Shown: piece after piece, positions 1-9,500 of the stretch
Position numbering within the stretch: the stretch's first letter is position 1
How the letters are laid out: each line of letters opens with the position of its first letter
Assembly (NCBI GenBank): GCA_030141605.1
Contig: JAQGDQ010000257.1
Coordinates: 311,711-322,212, forward strand
Direction: 5' to 3'
Length of the DNA: 10,502 bases
DNA from: Tubiluchus corallicola
Lineage: Eukaryota; Animalia; Priapulida
Made by a program: the position numbers and the translations under genes
The notes under the pieces: model-generated
Databases searched by the model: none
What the model was told of the DNA's origin: nothing
The model's input: only the letters and a program-made list of their open reading frames with translations

Positions 1-126
1 CCCTGTGAGTTGATAACTGAAGTCTGAGTGGCCAACGGTTAGCCTGCAAGTGTGGTCTCAACAGGTCACACCCTGCTCTTTTATACCCTCGTCCCGTGCC
101 TCTTTTGCTAACTCTCATCCTTGACA
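1..126 (-). mobile_element. Possible start of an LTR (truncated by window start)
   Basis: The minus strand begins TGTCA at 126, is more GC-rich than the flank and carries TATAAAA (79-85). No second LTR or target-site duplication is visible. Confidence 0.25.
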
Positions 127-1512
127 TATACCCTGGAACACTCAATAAACTCAAGGAGGCTTTTTGAGCTGCATTTTTGACGCGTCGTATACTATTTGTC
201 TCCAAGGACGAGACCATTAATTTGCCATTGCTTAAAACGTGGGTGACAGTTATACCGCTAGTCTACAACTCATCAATACAGAGTATATTCGTATTTACTG
301 CTATATTAGTTGCTTAAAAGTTGTTTTCTTTGGATTTTTTTGACTCGTTAAATGATTTTTAGTTGGCATCAGGCATATATACCCCGCCCACTCAAAATTA
401 TATTGACATTCTTTATTTTGCTAGTTAAGTAATCTGTTTATGGAGTTAGTTAAGAACTAACACAAAAAAAACCAAATTGACGTAAACGTTTAAAGCTATC
501 CTTATAAGAGGTTTTCCGTGAATTCTGTATCAACTGATTTCATCAATGACGTTACAGTAATAACAATGTAGTTATTTATATATGTCCTAAATATTATAAT
601 TTTTAGTACCATCTGTGATTTCAATTTAAGTAATTAATGCAGATTTGGTCCAGTCGATAAATGAGATACAAGAGATGTGTCATTGTTATTACAGCTGTAC
701 GTATTACAGTTATTGAGGTTGTAAGAGTGTAAAAATTATATTTGCTTAATTGCAACTTGCTGTTGTTTTGTAAAACTTAATCAGCGTCGGCGATAATTAA
801 ATTTGAAAATGTGTTAATTCGCTGCTGATATGCTTCTGTAAACGCGCGTTTTACTGCAGACAATCTTCACGCTGACAAAATTATGTCTACTGGCTGGCAT
901 TAACAACTTAAAATTCATGTACAAAAAATAACGAAAGCATCATTTTATGTGAGTTTTAATTTAATATCAAGCAAACTGAAGCTAACAGGACAAAAACGGT
1001 TTTGAAATTTTTCAAAATATAGGAATGCGTGCTCCATTGGTAACGAAGATATTATTGATTTTTAAAGTGTACAATGTAATCACTTCAAATTTTTACAATA
1101 GGAAAACTTTGTGGACCATCTGAGTCTATCGTGCAAAAACAGTTATACGCCCCGCTTGATTTTTTGCCGTTAGGAACAAATTATGCTAATAGCTGTAGCT
1201 TAATTAATTATCCATGCTTGCATGTCAACACGCTTGCTTTCATAAGTTTGATGGCAATGGATGGCATGACGCTTTGCAACCTCACTTTGTTATTTGTTAC
1301 TCGGTGTGATAATGAGCGTCATTCAGAGAGTGAAATAAAGAAAGTAAAACTATCTGCGTGTTCAAAAGATTTGCAGCTCTCAAAAGTTACGAATGCAACA
1401 ATGAATGATTTTACAAATAATGTGCTAACCACTTAGTGCAAAATGTTATTTTAGATGCAGTTTTAATGTATAATGCAATTTGTGATTTTAAACATTAATA
1501 CCATTTTAACAT

Positions 1513-1965
1513 TGTGAACAGAGCTTTACCGTACTCAAAGATGCATTAAACTAAAACACAGTGTTACATACGCCAAATTTTGATAAGACCTTTTTCCTGA
1601 CAACTAATACTAGTGCAATAGGAATTGCTAGTGGAATAGGTGGCCGTGGCCAACTTACACAAATGTCTAATGATGATGGACAATCACTTATTTGAGCAGG
1701 AAGCTAACTAAATATCAATGCAACTACTTAACAGTGAACAGAATTTTCTCTATTGAGAAATCGTCATACCATCTGGTAGACAGGTAATTTGTCATTCGCA
1801 CAGATGCAACAATTTTTAGCTTACTTAAAGCAGATGAAAAATGCTAATAAGCGAATTGCCAGACAGAGTTTGTTGCTACAAGAATGCACTTTCATTGTGG
1901 TCCATATCAGAGCAAACGTAAATTGCTGTGCAAATGCACTCGTTAAGTCAGTTAGTGTAAGTTAA
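1513..1965 (+). mobile_element. Decayed Ty3/gypsy-type LTR retrotransposon pol fragment (RT connection + RNase H)
   Basis: Translation across stops and frameshifts: CEQSFTVLKDALN*NTVLHTPNFDKTFFLTTNTSAIGIA...LTQMSNDDGQ / SRKLTKYQCNYLTV / FVIRTD / LAYLKQMKNANKRIARQSLLLQECTFIVVHIRANVNCCANAL, collinear with the gypsy motifs PVL..PDF.KPF.L.TDAS, SRKL...Q.NYST.E, TDH, RW.L.LQE, N..ADALSR. Confidence 0.88.
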
Positions 1966-2199
1966 AAATTATGAGAATAAAAAGATTAAAATACTATTTT
2001 ACATATTTACAAATTTGTCTACATGATGACATAATGGTGACTTATGAAATTGTGAATTTTAATACTTTTTGATAGTTTTTGCTACTTTTTTGCCATGTAA
2101 GTTTCCGTACGAGTAGTATATTTTTATAGTATAGACACTTATATATTTTGATGAGTTTATGAATTTATTATATTCTCTTATAAAAACGTTACGCGTTTT

Positions 2200-2862
2200 T
2201 TATATTCTCCAATTACTGATGAATTCTACTTTATCGTTTTTATATAAGGGTCTTTTGTGAGTTAGGAGTTTGTTTTTTAGTTCTGTTTTAAATGTTGTTA
2301 ACCCGTCTTTTGATTTCATACTTAAGGATGCTGAATTTCATAAGTTGATTGCTGTTTTGTTTACTGAATTGTGTCACTATGTGTTTTTTGTAAGTAACTG
2401 TTTTAGATTATAGGAGCGTTCGTTTTTATGTTTATCAAGCATAAATAATAAAGTATTTTCTTTGAAAACAGGAATTATATCATTTATATATTTAAATAGA
2501 AATTTTAAGGTATGGTAATGAATATTTGATTCTATAGTGGGTATTCTTAATTTTTCTCTATTGGTAGTGGCTGAGTATATTATGGTGTTCATTTCTGTTT
2601 TTTAGAAAAATGGCCTAGTACATATTTGAGTGCATAAATTTGAGTTTTATCTAACCTATCTGTTTGGGTTTTAGAAATGTTTGCAAGTAGATGGCAGCCA
2701 TAAGTTAAATGAGGCATTATTAATGTTAGTAGTTTGGTATCAATAGTAAGCTGGTCTTTTACTTGTTTAAGGAATGATATACTCTGGCCCATGTTGCGAA
2801 TTATATTGTTGATGTGTTCTTCCCAACTAAGCCTATTGTTCAGTTCCAAGATGCCTTAGATG
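2200..2862 (-). mobile_element. Decayed non-LTR retrotransposon (LINE, CR1/L2/Crack-group-like) ORF2 C-terminus downstream of the RT core
   Basis: ORF 2589-2849 (LNNRLSWEEHINNI...LIMPHLTYG...LDKTQIYALK), ORF 2377-2592, and its in-frame continuation past stops (NSVKQTAINL*NS...GLTTFKTELKNKLL, stop at 2200-2202) match the LGI.LD..LSW..HI / LI.P.L.YG / LWN.L...FK..LK pattern. Clade assignment is tentative. Confidence 0.85.
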
Positions 2863-2932
2863 AAGGAAAATAAGATGGGAACATGATTTTTTTTCCAATT
2901 GAGGCCATTTCGTGGAAAGTATTTTATTTTAT

Positions 2933-3089
2933 GCAATCCTGTAAGGCAGCATCTTTAAATGGGAATGATAGCTCCTTGAGATGGTGTATTATTTTTGAAT
3001 ATTTTATAACGAATTTCCAATGTGTTTTAATTTGTATAAAATGTTATTTTACGAGTGTGTTAAAGTCCATTTAAATTTTGGTATGACAT
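2933..3089 (-). mobile_element. Possible N-terminal fragment of a LINE APE endonuclease
   Basis: MSYQNLNGL, then after a frameshift HHLKELSFPFKDAALQDC, resembling the APE motifs N.NGL and DII.LQET; same strand and just upstream of the ORF2 C-terminal relic. Confidence 0.4.
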
Positions 3090-3114
3090 TTTTGTGACTG
3101 TGCTATTGCCTAAA

Positions 3115-3697
3115 CTGTCCTCACAGTCTACCCTTACAGGCCTCACAGTCTGTCCTCACTGTCCTTGCAGTCCTCGCTGCCCTTAAAGTCTGTCCTGACT
3201 GTCCTCACTAGTCTATCCTCACAATCTGTACTTACAGTTCTCACAGTCCTCGCTGTCCTTCTAGTCTGTCCTCACAGTCTTCACAGTCCTCACAGTCTAT
3301 CCTCACAATCTGTACTTACAGTTCTCACAGTCCTCGCTGTCCTTCTAGTCTGTCCTCACAGTCTTCACTGTCCTCACAGTCTGTCCTGACTGTCCTCACT
3401 AGTCTATCCTCACAATCTGTACTTACAGTTCTCACAGTTCTCACTGCCCTCACAGTCTGTCCTCACAATCTGTACTTACAGTTCTCACAGTTCTCACTGT
3501 CCTCACAGTCTGTCCTCACTGTCCTCACAGTCTGTCCTCACAATCTGTACTTACAATTCTCACAGTTCTCACTGTCCTCATAGTCTGGCCTCACAGTCTG
3601 TCCTCACAATCTGTACTTACAGTTCTCACAGTTCTCACTGTCCTCACAGTCTGTCCTCACAATCTGTACTTACAGTTCTCACTGTTCTCACTGTCCT
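3115..3697. repeat. Complex minisatellite built from 9-bp (CTCACAGTY / CTCACTGTC) and 13-bp (CTCACAGTCTGTC / CTCACAATCTGTA) modules
   Basis: Marker AATCTGTACTTACA recurs at 3223, 3307, 3414, 3467, 3542, 3608 and 3661 (spacings 84,107,53,75,66,53). Confidence 0.95.
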
Positions 3698-4486
3698 GCT
3701 AAAGTAGTAGTCAATGAAATTTTGTCATAATTGTAAAGCTTAATAACTAAGCTCGGATTTCGCGTGTCCTCGTATGAAACAACACAGCCATAGCCCGATT
3801 CCATGATTCTAGGAGTAAAGAGAAAATTAGAAGTTTTAGCTTTCAGTTTATTACTTAAGCAGGGAAATTTTAAGGAATTTTCGTACAAAATTGGGCAGGC
3901 TCCTACTACATGAAACTGCTTATTAAGCCCTCAGTCTATACATCATTTTTTATTTGAATGTACATTAGTAAACCAAGCCAAAAGAAATGATTTTATTAGC
4001 ACTGTATATTCTCTAGCCGAGATAATAATGCTATAAATGCTTTTGCAAATCTTATCTCAGATGAATTCCCATCGTCTTTCGCCCGTATATAAACAGTCTG
4101 TTGGTGATGAAACGTTACAACTCTCGTCGTGTTTTCTATATGCTGTTTTGTTTTTATTTATGATTATGTGAATTTGCATTAGAATTGGTTATTATGTTTA
4201 TTATAATTGTACTCGCTGTTTCTCAGTGTGTGTGATGCGTATAGATATTTGTTACTATGTATTAAAATATGTTCGTTATCTTTTATTATGTATGAATGTT
4301 GTGATGGATTGTAATCTGTAACTATGTCTATTGTATATGGTCGTTGTCGTTCATTGTGTCTCATGCGTTAGATTCTAAATTATATATATATTGTGAATAG
4401 GTTTAATACGTTGTAAATGCTTTTAGAAATTTTAAACATATCCCACAAATAGAGGGAATGTATTCTGTACATAGTTTTTAAAAATA

Positions 4487-4687
<201 letters not shown>

Positions 4688-5365
4688 GTAGTAGTAAATT
4701 ATCTGACACTACGGAACCCCAGAACCACGTGTTACACCTCGTTTATAGGGTGATCGTGCCTGCCTTTCGTGACTTTGAGTATCAGAGTACGTTACCTATA
4801 AACACGGCGTCACAATGGTAAAATGAAACTGGTTGTCGTGGTCATGTTTACTATCAGGATTAGAGCGCATGTGATTAAAAATGCCTGTCAGCGTCACTGT
4901 CACTGTTATTTTCATAAATGTCGTCATCATAAATGTTAATTATCTTGTATCAAATTTACAAAACTCTTCGCCGACGATAGATCCAGTGTTTAAAAAACGG
5001 ACGTGAAATTTAAATTTATCATTATCACCATCATCAATGGAATTAAAATGAGACATTAGAAGTTTTGAAGGCAACGTTCGCAAACCCAGTCTTTGTGATG
5101 ACTACCGAGATTCGCGCAGTAGGACAAAGTCGAAGACGTACGTTTTTGGTGGACCTCTTACCTCAACAATCACAAAGAACACCACACTGATCCTGTAATG
5201 TTGTCATGGCAATTGTTAATGACATCGTCTATGTATCTCACCTAGGTTTTATACTTAATTACACGTTGTCAAGTGCGGTTTTTATGCATGGCAACTTCAG
5301 CATATTACCTCATACTCCACCTGCATTATTTAATTAAATTATGTACAATATGGACAGTTACATGT

Positions 5366-5554
<189 letters not shown>

Positions 5555-5653
5555 GTATACGTTGATAAGCAAGGGTTAAATATTTATTAAGAGATCGAAT
5601 TACAGCATCATATCAAACATTTGTAATATCATAGTGTCACAACAGTACAAACA

Positions 5654-5972
5654 ATGGCTTGGTCAAGATTTGACAGCAGGTTTCTTCTCACTGTAGGGTG
5701 TGTCTGGTTAAGTTTAGCCGTTGCTATTGTTGACATAAGTAATTTAAAAAAAGTGCTAATAGACAAAAATATGACAGGGTTTGTTCTTGAGACGAAAAAT
5801 GTTAGATCGTTAATGGGTTGTGTACGCTTGTGTGTAACACAGCCAGGATGTATTGGCCTCAGTGTAGGTCCAAGTGATGACAGTTTCTTATGTGACGTGT
5901 GCGGTCCTGAGGCAAATGGTTCAGCTAAAACTTTAATACCTGATTTTGATTTTTACATTGTAGATTTAACAG
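5654..5972 (+). CDS. Coding exon 1: signal peptide + PAN/apple-like domain
   Basis: ATG in context ACAAACA-ATG-G; basic N-terminus plus hydrophobic stretch FLLTVGCVWLSLAVA ending in A-x-A; motif RSLMGC-x3-C-x5-C...C (C56,C60,C66,C80) matches the PAN core spacing; strong donor CAG|GTGAGC (GT at 5973-5974), phase 1. Confidence 0.8.
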
Positions 5973-6444
5973 GTGAGCTCATCCATTTTTGTTCATCAAT
6001 ATAATATAATATAATATAATATAATATAATATAATATAATATAATATAATATAATATAATATAATATAATATAATATAATATAATATAATATAATATAAT
6101 ATAATATAATATAATATAATATAATATAATATAATATATTATATAATATAATATAATATAATATAATATAATATAATATAATATAATATAATATAATATA
6201 ATATAATATAATATAATATAATATAATATAATATAATATAATATAATATAATATAATATAATATAATATAATATAATATAATCTTGTATCGTTTGGAATG
6301 TTGAGTGCTGCACGTATAATTTTGTTGTGGTAAATGCAATCTTGTTGGCCTTAATGACAATAAAATTACTGCTGCTGCTGCTATGCTATTACCAACACCA
6401 CCACCACCACCACCACCACCACAACAACAACAACAACAACAACA

Positions 6445-6509
<65 letters not shown>

Positions 6510-9500
6510 GGTAAGCCAACAAAATTTCATGAAATTACAATAAATTACATTAAGTAACTGCATAAAAAAACACACAGATTCATAATGTACAAGCATCGGC
6601 AAATAATTAGATCACTTCAAAAATTGTATACTATTTTAAATAAGTATGCATTGATCTGTATTTTAAAAGCGTTAATGACCGAAAGTGTCCTGGTGTGGAT
6701 AGATAAACTGTTCCATTAAGCTGGTCCTACAATGGCGCACTCTAGGAACCGTAAGCAAAAGGTTATCTTTTGATCTCATACTATATCAGTTTAAATTTGT
6801 TGGACGAATCATGTCACAAATGTAATCGTGTGCCTCGCCATGAAGAGCCTTAAATACAAGTAGCACTAGCTTAAATGTATCCATAAATTAAACACATCTT
6901 AGCAGTCACCGTCCAAACAGTAAACACTTCATGCTTGATATTTTCGTCATGCCCAAAAAATGCAAAAGTTATAATTATATTAATATGATTGTACGCTTTT
7001 ATTGTATTGATGTGGTTGTGTTGTCAATAAAGCTGTTTATCAATTCAAGTTCTGAATGAAAAAGTAATTAAAGTATCAGGAAAACATAACGAACACATTT
7101 TTATAATGTAAGAAACAACAAAACTTAAAGACAAAGTGCATTTTTTTGTTTCTTCAGAAATTTGAGCTCTTTTTTTAAATCATGTTAAAATATTCAAATT
7201 TTGCTTTTTCTATTTAAAACTTGTTATTATTAACAATATATTCACCTATTTTCAAGACAAACATATTATTCCCACGCCAAGAGTAATAAATTTTCGTGAA
7301 CTTTTTTACTGGGACTAACTTCTTTCTAGTTCACCCGATAATCCTAGCATGGAGCATAAAGAAAACAGTTTTATAATATTTGTTATACTTGTAGAGGCCT
7401 ATGTATCTAATTCCATTTCTGGGTCCGACTAGTTTGACATACTCGCAAGAAATCTACGGTGGCGCTAAAGTGAACACAACGTTGTACCTAGAAGGCAGAG
7501 TGCTTGACAATCCAAACGGGTAGGCATCTGTATGTACCAAAATTACCTCAACGACTGACCAGTTATAATGATTGATAATTATTTGTGTTATAGTTTGAGG
7601 CCTACATAATATCACATAATTATATTTCCACACTATATTGTTATATAATATAACTTATATACGTGATCAACACACGTTTTAATAACTTTTGGTTCTTCTA
7701 ACAAAAATTTACAAGTTATAAATTTTATATTTATAATCTAGTATGTTTGAAATTATTTAACCAATAAAAATTGGTAGATAGTCAGTTACAAGAAACAGCG
7801 CTTTTGGCATATTCTTTTGCATATCAAAGGGAAAGGCAAAGCCTTCCGGGATAGGTTTATTACAATGTTCGGGGGAAAATGTTAGAACGATTTAGGAATA
7901 ACAGTGTGAGGAGAATCCCATGTGATTAGTAAAAACACTTTAAAATTGTGACGTTTCACGCTAATGTCGTCATCCATGGAGTGAAGAACAGCAGGATAAT
8001 GCAAATTTCCGTAAAAAGTAAAATAAGTTTTTACAAGAAATTAGCTAATTTTGTGACGTTTCTGCAAGAACATTAGGTAAGCTGCAGAAGTTTGAATTAG
8101 TTTAGGTAGCACGCGCTTACAGAAAGCCACGATGCGCTTACGGAAAGTCACGAAGTTCACCTGTTACATCGTAATTTTCAGCAGACAGCTGCCATTCACT
8201 TGAAAATTTCTGTTCAGCGTTAGTAGTACAAATTAACTTTATGCTTTATAGCAGTTTTTGTTCAAGTTTCTTTGTTATACTTTTCTAAGTTTAAGTGATA
8301 ACAGCAATACAAACACAACATGCTAACTGATGTGTCCTTTCTTTTAATAAAAGTTGTAGGAAGAGGCACAATGATGCGACACATTTTTGGTATTAATTGC
8401 GGGCACATATTTTGTTATGCTTTGTTAATTGGCACACACTATTCGGTAGTGGGAAATCTTTCTCTGAAAAATAAACAAAAAATGCCTTTTGTTCAGTACT
8501 GAGACACTTTAGTATTGCAAGCGCTCTTACGAAAGCTACGATGCGCTTACGAAAAGTCACAAAGTTCACTTGTTACGTCATAATTTTCAAGTGAATGGCA
8601 GTAACCACCACAACTGAAAAATTCTACACAGTGGCGTTAATAAATTTACTTATTAAATTTACAGACAGTTTCTTTATGTAAATTTTTTTGCTATATTTTC
8701 TAAGTGATAACAGTAAAATAAAATTAAAATAAAACATGGTAAGTAACTTGTCCTTTCTTTTAGTAATACGCCATTCCACATAAAAACCGAAAATCTTCCA
8801 TCTATGCGAAGTATAGCTAGAAGCAGTGTGGCAAGTGACATACGATTACTGAACTTAGTGGTTACCAACCCATCTACTCACTATGTTTGGCGTTTCATAA
8901 GTGGTTTCTAAGCACACAGTACCCAATTTTGCTCGTTACGGCATATTGTACGAACCAGATTTTACATAATGGCTTTATTCTTTTAGAATCGCCATTCGTG
9001 TTAGAATTGTCAAATCTGTTACCGACATTGCATTAAAAATCGATTCTAACTTCGAGACGAACCAAACAATATTGAAAAGCAGACTGAACGGAAACTGGGG
9101 TCCTGAGGAGATGGCAGCCCTTGCACTTGAAGCAGGACAAGAATTTTCCATGGCAATCGACATGCTGGAAGACAAGTACGTCACACATGAGTTAACAATT
9201 AGAAGTTTTGTTCTTTATCTTAGGAAATGTTTACACGCACGCTGCTTAAATGGGATATGTAGATTGTTTTTAACGCATAACCGATCTAAAGTTTATAATC
9301 AATTTGGAACGATGTTTTTTTAAATATACCCTGAACAAGGCATTAGACTTCGAAAAATTACTGATGTGTAATTTAAGAACAAATGTTTTGGAGTGTTAGA
9401 TGGCAACAAGTAAACAAAAAAATCAGCTGCATAAAGTGCTCTACTTATGCCGAAATATGTGTCTAATGAGATGTTACAGTGGGTATAAGTCACAGTTGCA

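Noticed and set aside
230-1220. Possible non-autonomous DNA transposon, including an imperfect palindrome TTTTGAAATTTTTCAAAA near 999-1017
   Set aside because: No terminal inverted repeats or target-site duplication could be identified by eye; short palindromes are expected in AT-rich DNA.
1131-1436. 101-aa ORF upstream of the gypsy relic
   Set aside because: GTG start, no RT or other recognisable motif, and not collinear with the expected pol sequence.
3165-3389. 74-aa repetitive ORF
   Set aside because: Chance open frame through the 9/13-bp minisatellite with a non-ATG start.
5973-6004. ORF 5654-6004 as a complete single-exon 116-aa gene
   Set aside because: A strong donor at 5973 and phase-compatible downstream exons explain it better; its stop falls inside the ATAAT microsatellite.
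9176-9323. C-terminal part of ORF 9072-9323
   Set aside because: Galectin similarity stops at the AA|GTACGT donor and resumes in exon 5, so this is intron read-through.
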